From positions 73,842,001 through 73,906,000 of the forward strand of contig CM060731.1 of assembly GCA_030704615.1 (NCBI GenBank): a DNA stretch of 64,000 bases, read 5' to 3'. A model generated the notes under the pieces. That model was not told the origin of the DNA, searched no databases, and saw only the letters and a program-made list of their open reading frames with translations. Position 1 is the first letter of the stretch. Every line of letters begins with the position of its first letter. Of this stretch, positions 1 through 11,200 are shown in pieces. This DNA is from Takakia lepidozioides. Lineage: Eukaryota > Plantae > Bryophyta. The position numbers and the translations under genes were made by a program.

Positions 1-1320
1 AGGCCTTCTGTCAATCAACGTACTTCGCCGGCCATGGGTGCTCAATATTGCCACTAGATTCTCACAAAAGGGCTTTAGTCTCTTCCCAAAGGCAGGGCCC
101 TTTTGGATTTTGAGGAGGGTCAAATCCATGGCTGCTCGGGCATCGTCTACACTGTCATGGCCACTCTTATCTCCTTGAATTTTGCGGTGAAGAAACTTGG
201 CTGTCAGCATGCGTAAGGCAGGCTTAAACAAAGCCCCTTTAGAGGGATGTTGATAAAGCAATGCTGTGTCAATTACCAATGAGTGGAAGACCTTTAGAGC
301 CAGCAAATCATTCTCTGCTGAATGTCCAACCAATATCGTCTCTGCTGCCACTATTTCTAGTATCTCTTCCTGGATGTCTGCCAACGTTGTGGTGACATCA
401 GTCATCATCTTAGAGGTGATTCCACTGTATTGTGTGTTGTAATCTGTAATTGGATTGGCTGGTTTGACCAACTTGTCCAAAAGAACCTTTCCTTCGCTGT
501 CCACAAGCGAAACTCGGGTGAGCTCCAAGCCCTTCGCTGTGTAGCACATCTCACAATCGACTGCAACCATGTCCCTATACTTGGAACCTGAAGCAGCTGG
601 ACGAGTTGTCACAAATCCTGGCGGTTTCTGGAGAGTACAGCCTTCACTACCAACTTCTGCTTTCGGATAGCCGTTTTCATGCATCTGCCTCGTCGTGAGA
701 GTATAATATGAAGCAGGAAATGCAGAATTTCCACTATATCCAACAGTTAAATGCACCCGCGTCTGCTGACATACCTGGTTGCCCTCAGCAGGACCCGTGG
801 AAACAACCCCTGAATCTCCACTGCTTACCTTTCTCCTCTTGAATCTCGATTCCTCCGTCTTTGAGTCAGAATTTTCAACTTCCAGCAGCGCAACATCATC
901 CTGGGAGCGGTCATGCTTCTTCATGGTTTTGGGTTGAGGGCAGGTCAAAATTGCCTCCACAGTTTGTGCAGAAGTTGCCAGTGGACTGACAGCTGCAGAC
1001 GCACGAGGGGTACCACAGCAGTGGGCCAAATTTCGAAAAAGCCTGGGATACCCTGTGTAGACTGCCGCATCCAAGCCTGCCATGTAGAGCACCACCACCT
1101 TTGAGACTAGCGGCTTGTTCTTGATAAAAACCCATTTGGGCATCGGTCCATCTGCCAAGACCCACATCACCAGCCCCTGAAAATCCTGGAAGGTCAACCT
1201 AGCATTGTTATTCGGTGCTTGCAAAATCACTTCAGCCTTTGCCTGATCGCCATACACGTCAACGTAATCGCTCTTGCTCCCCTTTCCCTGCAGCACTAGC
1301 TGCTTCTTCTTTTTAGCCAT
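1..1320 (-). CDS. SDN5: Small RNA degrading nuclease 5-like / REXO1 (REX1) DEDDh 3'-5' exonuclease, partial (continues past left edge)
   Basis: Manual translation from ATG at 1320 is open to position 1: MAKKKKQ...YVDVYGDQAKAEV...FQGLVMWVLADGPMPKWVFIKNKPLVSKVVVLY, then ExoI VAVDCEMC, GLELTRVSLVD, DYNTQYSGIT, ExoII LVGHSAENDL, VIDTALLY, ExoIII GHDSVDDARAAMDL. Absent from the ORF track because no stop lies inside the window. Confidence 0.9.
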   Translation of the reverse strand, partial: MAKKKKQLVLQGKGSKSDYVDVYGDQAKAEVILQAPNNNARLTFQDFQGLVMWVLADGPMPKWVFIKNKPLVSKVVVLYMAGLDAAVYTGYPRLFRNLAHCCGTPRASAAVSPLATSAQTVEAILTCPQPKTMKKHDRSQDDVALLEVENSDSKTEESRFKRRKVSSGDSGVVSTGPAEGNQVCQQTRVHLTVGYSGNSAFPASYYTLTTRQMHENGYPKAEVGSEGCTLQKPPGFVTTRPAASGSKYRDMVAVDCEMCYTAKGLELTRVSLVDSEGKVLLDKLVKPANPITDYNTQYSGITSKMMTDVTTTLADIQEEILEIVAAETILVGHSAENDLLALKVFHSLVIDTALLYQHPSKGALFKPALRMLTAKFLHRKIQGDKSGHDSVDDARAAMDLTLLKIQKGPAFGKRLKPFCENLVAILSTHGRRSTLIDRRP

Positions 1321-4300
1321 GCGTCTTTGCTTGCCCTCCCCACTAAAGGGAATCTGTGCTGATTTTGCAGGTGTTGATGCGGGAAGCATCTGATCACACC
1401 CGTGATTCTGCCTCCCCTTCTCAAGACCATTAATCGCCAGAGTCGAGAAATTTCTACTGCATGCCTATCCAGGTTACAAATTACAACAATCGTTCCGTCC
1501 CCTGCTCCCAAGAGTCATGGATTCTCAACTCCTTTCTCTTTTAGGGTTGATCTCACGAAATTTGTATGCAGCTAGACCTATATTTACCAGTCCCGTTGCA
1601 TTTGTTCATCTACACCAATTCATCCACGCCCCTCCTGCCAAGTTTGAAATGCTTGACTGTTTGGTTTTAGGTGAGATGTACGCGATGAGGGGTTCAGATG
1701 TTCTTGGGCTGTCGCCTCCGCAATGTGATCCTTGCAATATCGCAACCCAAATGAACTCCAAGGGGCGACAGAATGTCGCTGCTTCAAGGATCACACCGCA
1801 GAGGCGACATGTCCAAGAACGGATTCAATCCAAATGAACTCCCTACAACCCAAATCAGGTTGTAGTAAGCACATGTTTTCAGAGTTCGAATGATTGCACA
1901 GGACACGGTAACAGATCCAGCTTCTTTTACAGGAGGGGGTGGCAGGCAGTAGCTGAGGGCCGTGGCAGGGCAGCTCCGTGCGATGGACAAGCATGCCGCG
2001 TTCCTGATGGTCTGCTTGGCAATGCAGGGTCCAACTCCAGTTGTTCGGGTAGCCCTTCAATAGCGGAGTGAGGTGTGGTTCTGTCTTACTGCTGGTTTTA
2101 TGTTATTAATTTGTAATCCTTTGGGTTCTTCGTCACAGAATCATGTAGGTGTGTTTGCAGAGTTTGAGCAGTGCTTATGAGATTTGTTTTTCAACCAAGG
2201 CTTTTCTTCAAGAGCTAGGACTCTGAGAATTGTTGCTAGCAACCATACGTTGAAGAAAGAAGAGAGAGATGAGCTTCAAGTGCTTCAAGGTCCTGGAAGA
2301 GCGCACGCAATCTATTAAAGAACTTTGCACTGGGCCAAATTTGAAAAGAAAATGGGATATAGATAAACCATGTGCGGGGAGAGGGTTTCTTTCTTTATTA
2401 TTTTCTGTTGGTGTGTATCCACATGAAGGGTGGTGATGCAAGAACGCACATGGAGCTTGTGTATGTGTTGGTATTGGGTTCACTCAATCACTTTCCAGGG
2501 GATTGCATCATCGCAGATGATATTGCAACCCTCACTGTCTTCATGAATTTAAAGAGTGCAATTGGAAGTGGAGTACATCCCTGCAACAATTTATACTTGT
2601 CTTGATGCTCTTGAACTGGTGTGTCATGCATGAGCTTGTTGAGTTTGAATTTTCAAGTCCTGTGGCAGTTCTTTTCCAATGTCAATACTCATTTGTAGGC
2701 CTGTGTCCATATAGTGTGTTCTTCTATCATGCAGGTTTCAATGAGGAGTTCCATCTAGGTTGGACCATAAAAGAACTTAGATCCTGGCAAACTACAGCTG
2801 TTTTCAAATCTTTGCTGTGGGCATGTGACCCTCTCCTCTCCAGAAGCCTAAGCTGTTAGAATGTAGAGCGCCGACTTTGTTCTGACAGGTAAGAGAGTTT
2901 ATGAGATATACAATATTGTATGTAGTCCATTTCCTGCATCATACATGGTAGATTTATTTCCTGTAGTCGACATAGTTGTTTATGTGCGTTATTTGATGAC
3001 AAGAACTACTGAGAAACACAAGAGAGGTGGCTGGTGGGAGTTGGAGGGGTTAGCTACCACTAAATAAGCACGAGTAAGTATGTGGCCAAACCATCAGTCC
3101 GTTGTCTGACTATCAGAGGCATTAGTCTAGCAACATGTAGTTTTGAGAATTTCTCTTTGGCTCAATAAGTCGTATAAGAACATTTAGAGTCATGTAGGGT
3201 CTGCCTTGAAGTTTCAAAGTATGAGTTGCTTATGCATCCTCAAGGAAACCTGCCATTTCAGTAGCTGGCCAGTTGAAAGGCACACTGAAGCCGAGCTTCT
3301 TTCTATGTGTCAAAGGCTATCAGTTGGTGGTGGATGAGCTGCCTAAGTTGGTAAATCAAGGGGGAGGCTTTTGGCATGTGATATCTGGTTGGAGTTGAAT
3401 GTTGATACTTGTACATGGGGGTGCAGATGGTTCATACCTGATGTATTGCCAACTTGAGACTGCCAATATTGTTGTGGGCTGCCAGAAGGCCTTTTGGTAC
3501 GTTGGTTCACCCATCTGTCCTTGCCTTCTATTTCTGACAGCAAATCCTGGGTGTGGCAACTTCCTTTTTGCTATATTTTCTTAGGTGAAGCCCATATCTT
3601 TGCTGTGGTGGGGTAGACCATAGAAGGCATGGGTTTTTGTAGAAGCCTCCTGCCATGGTGAGAAGGTTTAAGTGGTGCTTAACAAAAGTCAACGTCAACG
3701 AATATAGTTGCAGAGAGGGACAGGGAGCCACACAGAGCAGGACAGGTACACATTAGATTGTCTGTGCTGTGCACCCGTGCAGTTGCGGAAGACTCCTCAC
3801 CAATTGGAAGTAGCACAAAGGTGAAAGGCTGGCCAGCATAGCTGATACTCCAGTAGTTTGTAATGACTATTTTCAAGTAGATGGAAAAGGGAAAGAGACG
3901 AATTTGCTCAGAGGAAGTTGAATCCAGATCTGGTGGGTTAGTCAAGAGAGGGGCAAAGATGGCAGTTGGGTGCAGGGCTTAGGTCCAATATGATCGCAAA
4001 AAAATATCTCTACCCCTCTAATTTTTCAGATGAATCCACCATTCTTTCAGCTGAGGCCATCCCTACAGTCATGTGTTTGAATAGCAAAGTAGTGGGCCTT
4101 GGATTTTGGCTCTTCTGAATAATGGCAATGTACTTGAAGGAAGATGTTGTTATAATATGGATTTGATCGTGTGTCTTGTGGTGCAGCAGATTGACTAAAC
4201 GGCCGGCTACCGACGCAAAAACTACCGATGGCCCCTCTTACAAAGCAAGACTTAGACCACTGAGGGTGTTGTTGTTGGACTAATGTCTGTTCTTCATGTC

Positions 4301-5704
4301 CAAAACCATGGGTGAATTTTATTCCTTATCATGGGATGCTTTCATCTGGCATTACCAGACGCATGGTGATGTTGTGTACGTGATTTTGACTGTCTTACTG
4401 CTTCCTACACAACAAATGAGGATTGTTGTGTGGTGCAGATGGTGGCGGTGTTGAAATGAAATGTTTTCCGTAGGAGCCTTCTGCCTTTAGATTACAGTTG
4501 CACTGCACGAGATCTAAGCTAGGATTGGGAGTTCTGGACTTCCTAAAACCTCACAACCTTAGCTCGGAGATTGTCAATTCAGATCTTCTAATGCCTGCCG
4601 TAAGAACACTAGTGAAGGTAACTTGAGGCCTTGCTGTTTAGGTTTATGGACTTCTGAAAGAGATGACAACCTCCCTGTTGAATAGGGATGGAAGTTGGTC
4701 GGTTGAACTGGTTAATGAGGCTTGAGCTGGCACGCCACACTGTGGGTTGCTACAGGTCACGCCATGTTGAACACACAGCTTACACTAATACCAGTATGTT
4801 ATCTGCTTCCTCAGTACCGGGTGCTATCTAGTTGGAGATTTCATTGAATCTCCTCTTTTTGTTGCTATGCTCATGCAAAGTTCCAGTCCACGAGGTCACA
4901 ATCTTCTACCTTGGTAGTGGATAATAAAAAGAAATCTAGTAAGCGATCATCAAAAGCTGGTCAGTCCTTTTCAAAAACATCTGTATCTATAGAAGACCTC
5001 GAAGGTCGAACACGACAATAACTTAGCATCCCCTGTGCAGGGGGGATATATTCACCAAAGAGGGAGAGCCGGTACCCAGTTACTTGTCAATCAATGTAAC
5101 AAATATTTTACATGTATTCTGATGTATAAGCACTCACCTGCAGTTCGACAATACCTAGGCCCCAGTTGATAATTTGGCACACACCCAAGCAGAAGTTTCT
5201 TGCCAGCCAAGTCTTGTCAAGTCATAAAGATGAAACCCAGTCAATTCCTCACCGAATACCGCAGTGTACCCGGACCTGCATTGATCCAGACATCAGTACG
5301 CAGTGGGGGCACCCAAGTCATCACGGCAGGTATGGCTGACAATCGGGCAGGCTGTTTGAATGTCATATCACACTAAAATATCTCGGTATATGTTGACGTG
5401 CATAACTTCGTACACTGCAATCCGTAGGGTTTCAAGTCTGCAGATGTTTTGCAATGATGATCACTCACAGATTCACAGTACTGACAATATTTCCGTGTCA
5501 GGTGTTTGCTCATCACAGGCCGAGCTCTGTACCGGCATCAGGGCAGAATCAATTCCGTGGTGGCGTATTGGGCCCTCATTTATGATCTCACATTCACAAC
5601 GATCTTCGCTTTGGAACTCGAGAAGACCCACATGGAAAACAGGCTTACTTGGCAGTGATGAGTAATCCAGATTTAGGGTTTGAAACTTGACATGTACTAG
5701 TATT

Positions 5705-6070
5705 CATGCACACGCCTACCTGGCCCGCCGCCGACCTCCTAAGTCTGGCGCCTCACCCCCGCGCGGTCACCGCGCCGATGTACCTATTACAGATCCACAG
5801 TGGTGGGCCACGCAGGCACTGAAGTACTCTGCTTACTAGAAGTACAATTCGGTAATTCTGTAAGAAGAGGTAGGTAACCCGGTGGTTACAGCTGTTTGCG
5901 TTGAAGTCGTTTGTCGCTGAATCAAGTTAAAGTTTAATCGCATCGGAGCATCAAGAAATTTGTTTTGTTACTTCAGAAATTTCGAAGTGCTGAGAAGATA
6001 GTCATATTTCAGTGGATGCCCATCTTCATGCAAAGTCATACATATATGGAGAAATATATGGTCATGCATG
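5705..6070 (+). repeat. Dispersed repeat, inverted partner of 14285-14700
   Basis: TCTGGCGCCTC..CCGCGCGGTCACCGCGCCG..TATTAC.GATCCAC..TGAAGTAC and CATCTTCATGCA..AGTCATA match the reverse complement of 14285-14700, with indels. Confidence 0.75.
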
Positions 6071-6139
6071 CGGGGTCGCAGGTTCAAATATTATATCGAT
6101 CATATCATTTTGATATGATATTAAATTATATTAGAATGT

Positions 6140-7714
6140 TTGTTGGCTCAGCTCCTCTTTACTCTAAAGAGCAGACTACGCATCAATGTCAATAAGCGGC
6201 TTGTCGTGTATGGCTCCTCTTTGTGAGTAATGAAATCTACTTTCATCCATAATAAACTTGAAAATTCGTCCATTTGTTTCTCATAAGTTATTCAATACTA
6301 GAGATATAATCCAAGAGAGGTGTTATCTGGAGAAGGCACATCAAGAACAAGTTTTCAACAAAGGAGAAGAGATGACAATGAGGGAAGGACTCAACATTTT
6401 TTGACAGTGATGCGGGGTCTCATCTTTAACATGAAAGACTTCTGCATGAGGATAACACAGTGACCTCAAGTTTGACCTAAGCTAGACTTGTTCGATTCCT
6501 TTAAGATCTAGTTCATAAACAACTGTAAATAGTGAAATATTGTGATTCTAATGCATTTTCATTGGATTCAGTGAAATTTTTGTGTGGGCTCTCTAAATTA
6601 TGGATAGACACCCCCTCTCTGAATTGCTTGTGGTTTGTTATGGTTGGACCAGCCATCACCATTATCTGTTTTGCTGCCACCATTGCAGGGAGAGCATTGG
6701 ACTGTTGATAGAATTATTATTGGGAAGACCCTGGTATTTCAGTATCTCAGTATTTCAGCCAGATTTTTAGCAAGTCCCTCAGTATTTCAGCCAGATTTTT
6801 AGCAAGTCCCTCAGTATTTCAGCCAAATTTTTAGCAAGTCCCTCAGTATTTCAGCAAGAGTTTTAGCAAGTCCCTCAGTATTTCAACCAGATTTTCAGCA
6901 AGTATTTTAATATTTCAGCTAGTTATTCTCAATATTTTAGTTAGTATTTCAACAAGCATTTCAATAATTAAATTTCATTTTTACATTATCATACATGATT
7001 ACTTAATTCATACATCAATAAAGTTCTGCCAGGCCCTGAGTCTGTTCCCGGCTTTATAAATGAATAAATAAATAAATGTTCCTCTTATGCAGAACATGTT
7101 TAAAATATATATGAAAATAGAACATGCAAAACATGCTCTTATGCAGAACATGCTTAAAATATAAATTACAATCAAGGGTTTTAATTTTTTTCCCTTCAAA
7201 TAATCTGTAATAAAGTTCAATCCAGGGCTTCTGCCCCCTGTTTACCGAGTAGTGTATACATAATTATCTTATCTCAATAACATTTTAAGGAAATTTTCTA
7301 CTTGGAGTTTTAGGAATTTTAGGGTGGAGCCATTACGCGACTAGCCGCTTGTTTCTCATAAGTTAATCAATACTAGAGATATAACCCCAGAGATAAAATG
7401 TTTTCAACAAAGGAGAGGAGGTGACACTCGGGGAAGGGCACAACAGGGGCTTAGCAATTTTTGACAATGATGCCTGCCTGGTCTCATCTTTAAAATAAAG
7501 AGGAGCCAAAAATCAGTTAGCACCTGTTGTGCCTTCCCCAAATGTCACCTCCTCTAGTAGAACTATTTCCCCATGTGTCTTCTCCAGGTAACACCACCCT
7601 TAGCTAACATCTCTCTTATTGAACAATTTATGAAAAATAAATGGATGAATTCTCAAGTTTATTATGGATGAGAGTAGATTCATAGAGAGGCCATTGGCGA
7701 CTAGCCGCTTGTTT
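6140..7714. mobile_element. Nested cluster of Helentron/HINE-like non-autonomous elements
   Basis: Sub-terminal inverted motif GGCTCCTCTT/AAGAGGAGCC. Near-palindrome GCGACTAGCCGC followed by TTGTTT at 7337-7354 and 7697-7714; reverse copy at 6196-6222. Body 6274-6430 is repeated at 7349-7512. Confidence 0.55.
6746..6903 (+). repeat. 32-bp minisatellite, about 5 copies
   Basis: Unit CTCAGTATTTCAGCCAGATTTTTAGCAAGTCC repeats at 6746, 6778, 6810, 6842 and 6874 (last copy partial). Confidence 0.95.
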
Positions 7715-8221
7715 CATTTTGCTTCTTCATAAGTCCAAAGTTTAGTAAGATGCTCATCTTCATGCATAGTCATCCATGGGAAATATACGGTCTGACATGA
7801 TGGAAGTACATGAGTTGACTTCATGCACAAGCTACGCCGCAGTGGTTCGATTTCACAGACCAATCCGACATTACCTGACTACAGACACAAGCAGCACACA
7901 CAAGAGGTCCTTTTAGGTTGATGGTTGGTCAAATCCTCCATGGGTCAGGAAAGGTCAAGGACAATGTGGTAGGGCACCTTCTTCTTCAACCTATTTCAGC
8001 CTCTGTTGCCCTCTCACCAGACTCGGCCGCGAGATGCATATTGAATTCTGTAAGTTAGGTCGTTGCATGGAAACACATCACATTGTATGTCTGTATTTAT
8101 ATGTGACAATATATATAGACGCAACAATACAACTGATTTCTTATGTATGAAAACAATACAATGTCATGTATGCATGATGTATGACAACGCAACCAACAAG
8201 TAACAAAACTAAGAGAATTAT

Positions 8222-11200
8222 TATTATTATTATTATTTTAAAAGAAAGGGGACGGGGCGGGCCCTGAAAAAAAACTTTACTTAATAAGGAGTCAAAATTG
8301 AGGACAGAAAGGAGGAAAAAATAACCTCCATTGGGCCATAAAGGCGTAACACAAGGGGAACACCCAGATCACTAAGGCAGGAGGGAGAAGAGCTGGAGGA
8401 GGAACCAGTGCAAGTCTAATGATGCCAGGGCCTTGTAAAGAAGGGATGGAGACAGATCCAGCTAAACGTTGGTGAGAGGGAGCTGCCATAACATAGCAGC
8501 AAAACACATAAAAGATGAGCCAAAGTGCAAAAGTGTTTGGATCCCAGCTGAGGGAGGAGAGAGTTCTGGAGCTGCTCACTGGCAGCAGCAAAATGGGCTT
8601 TCCCTTAAGAGCTAAAGATAGACTGGTAACAAACTGCTAACAGCCTAAAGTTGGTACAGGACTAGAGTCCAAAAGTGAGCTAAATGCAAAATAGGCCCAA
8701 GTCTGAAAACAGGCAATGCAGCCCCAAGGATGCCTTCCCCAATTACCCTCCAAAATCTAGTTGTGCTTTAGACTTTGGTGGCCCCTGCTTCTAATGGCGC
8801 CAATTGACGTCCGGTGCTTCGGAGTCAGCAGGCGATTTTCCAGGGCCTGGGGATGTCGTCATGCCAAACAATTCTGGATTCTGAGAGCCTGGAGCAGATG
8901 AGGTTGCCCTTTGCCCAAGTGAGGTCGAACTCCGCGAACAATTGTTGGCGCTTCCTTTCACTGCACCTGTTGGAAGCTGAAATCAAAGTCACCCAAGCCT
9001 TACGTCCCTCAGTCATCAAATCAGCATACAATCTGGCAAGCAATGTTCTGATGCTGGGACTGGCTCCCTGGAAAATTAAGGAACACCTAGCTTTCCAAAC
9101 TGTCCAGAGAGCATGGCCTCTGAGGGTAGCCCAGATGGGACATCTCTCCCATGGAGATCCGTTGTGCAGATTTACTAACAGCAAAGGGGTAGAGAGAGGG
9201 GGCAGCGCATTCCAATTGGCATAGAGGGCTTCCACGTAATTCCATATTCTTGAGGAAATGTGACATTGGAGCAGGCAGTGCTCCATTGTTTCCCTAACTC
9301 CACAGGAGCAGATTAAACAAGCAGGGTCCTTGTCAGCGAAAGAATCTGCCACAGGTAAAATACGGTTCGCTATTTTTCACAAGAAGGCACTGACTTTGGC
9401 TGAACGGTGTTTGACCCAAATGTCTCTCCACACCTTGTTCTAGCAGGAGATTGGTAGGTTGAGGGACCACTTGCTATTCCATTTATTTCTGAAATCAGCT
9501 TTCCCCAACAACATCCTATAGCCTGTCTTGACCTTGTAACCCATGAGGGGGGTTACCAGCTCCACTCTCTTGGGTCCATCTGTAATCTACTCAATGGAAA
9601 GCATAGGAACCAGAGAAGGGGGGTCTTTGAGGCCCAGCAGATCTCTTCATCTGGGATAGGAGGTTTTGGGTTTGGGATGCCCGAAACTATTTCAAGAAGT
9701 TCCCTGATTCTGTAAGCCTCATCATGATTTAACTCCCCTGTTCCAAGCATTTGGAGCAGCCCTCCAGACGAGGCTTTGAACAGAATGCCTGTCCATTGAG
9801 TGGAGGTAGAGGCAGTGGCCAACAATGCGAAATTGCCATTGTACTTGGATGTGCCAAACCGGCATGGGAGGTCACTAATAGTGCAGCCCCCTCCAATTAG
9901 CAATGGCATCAGATTGGAAACCCCCTGTTTAATATGTTCCCAACCATTTCTGATAGACGAGGCAGACAGGAGGGTGGCCAGCATGGGAGGCTCTAGGAAA
10001 GCCCCATTTTCCCAGACATTGGCAATGTGCGAAAGACCTTTGGATTCATAGGTAGACCATTTTTTGCTCAATGTGGTTAGAGGCTCATGACTCAGATTGG
10101 GGTTCCCAAACAAGGGCTGACAAACAGCCTCCTCAAAACAAGAGGCCTTGGTTTGCTTAAGATAAGGCCTTATGGAGCTCCAAGCTGCCCAAATGGATTT
10201 CCAGGCAGGCGAGCCCCCAGTTTTAGATTTGACAGGGCCCTGGACCATCCATTTTAAAGATGGGGACCAGGAAGTAGAGGTGGATGGTAAGGCGTTAACC
10301 AGATGCTCTCTTGCCAGCATGCACCAGGGGCTATCTCCAAAACGAAGGGTCCTAGGAATCCACTTCGCGAGTAGCGCTGAGATTTGAGGAGAGGGGTCTA
10401 TTAGCCCAAGGCCTCCCTCTTTTCTAGGCCTGCATATATGACTAACCCAGTCCGGCTTCACCCCTTCCCGCATTATTTGCTCATACATCTCCGAAGCCTC
10501 TATACCACGCCCCCATCGTGCATATCCTCGCCCTTCCTACATCATTTGCTTAAGAATAAGCTCAAGAAAATTGCATCAGTGCTCAAGAATAGGTCACAAA
10601 GCCTCAACCCCACCCCCCTGCATTGCATATCCTGCGATCGTCCCGTTCCATGACATAAGTTCTCCTTGCTTCGGCTCGATACTACGAAAACATATGGTAG
10701 CGCGGGAGACAAAAAGAGGCTGAAGTCCCAGCCTTGTGTGTTCACGGCTGAACGTGGGCAACCCTAAAGCAATTTTTTGAATTTTTTAACTTTTTGCACT
10801 TTGTGTCATTCCATCGACACAAGTCCTTTGTTAAAGATAGATGGATGAGGTCATCCAATGGATGAACCCATTCATGTATATGCCTTAAGATGCCACGTGT
10901 AGTGATGTAGTCATATAAACATAGCTGTGAAACCTACTGTAGTCATGTAGTCATAAGCTTCTATGGCATGTCATCAATGTGTAGTAGTGGTGTAGTCATT
11001 TAATCATAAGCTTATATGGCACGTGTCTGACGTGTAGTATTGCGTATGACGACTAGTTATATAAACCAAGCATGTGTTCTTGGTCAACAATGTTTGACCA
11101 CAGTTCCTAGTCATGTAGTAACATGTATGACTTCATTAGATTAAAATATATTGGAAGCCTAGAAGTGTATGCGAAGATCGTGGTTGAAGCCATCTGAGCC

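Noticed and set aside
2540-2800. Minus-strand PGSKF...GCTPLPIAL resembling NB-ARC RNBS-B and GLPL motifs
   Set aside because: No P-loop or kinase-2 motif, several stops, and the similarity is at chance level.
3679-3945. ISYAGQPF segment resembling the LINE ORF1 pre-zinc-knuckle region
   Set aside because: The CCHC knuckle cannot be recovered; too degenerate to call.
1500-4950. Splice-like signals on the + strand head-to-head with SDN5 (possible lncRNA or small gene)
   Set aside because: No coherent reading frame or recognisable product could be assembled; it cannot be supported without transcripts.
6746-6903. 32-bp repeats as a CRISPR array
   Set aside because: Units are contiguous with no unique spacers, the context is eukaryotic, and there are no cas genes.
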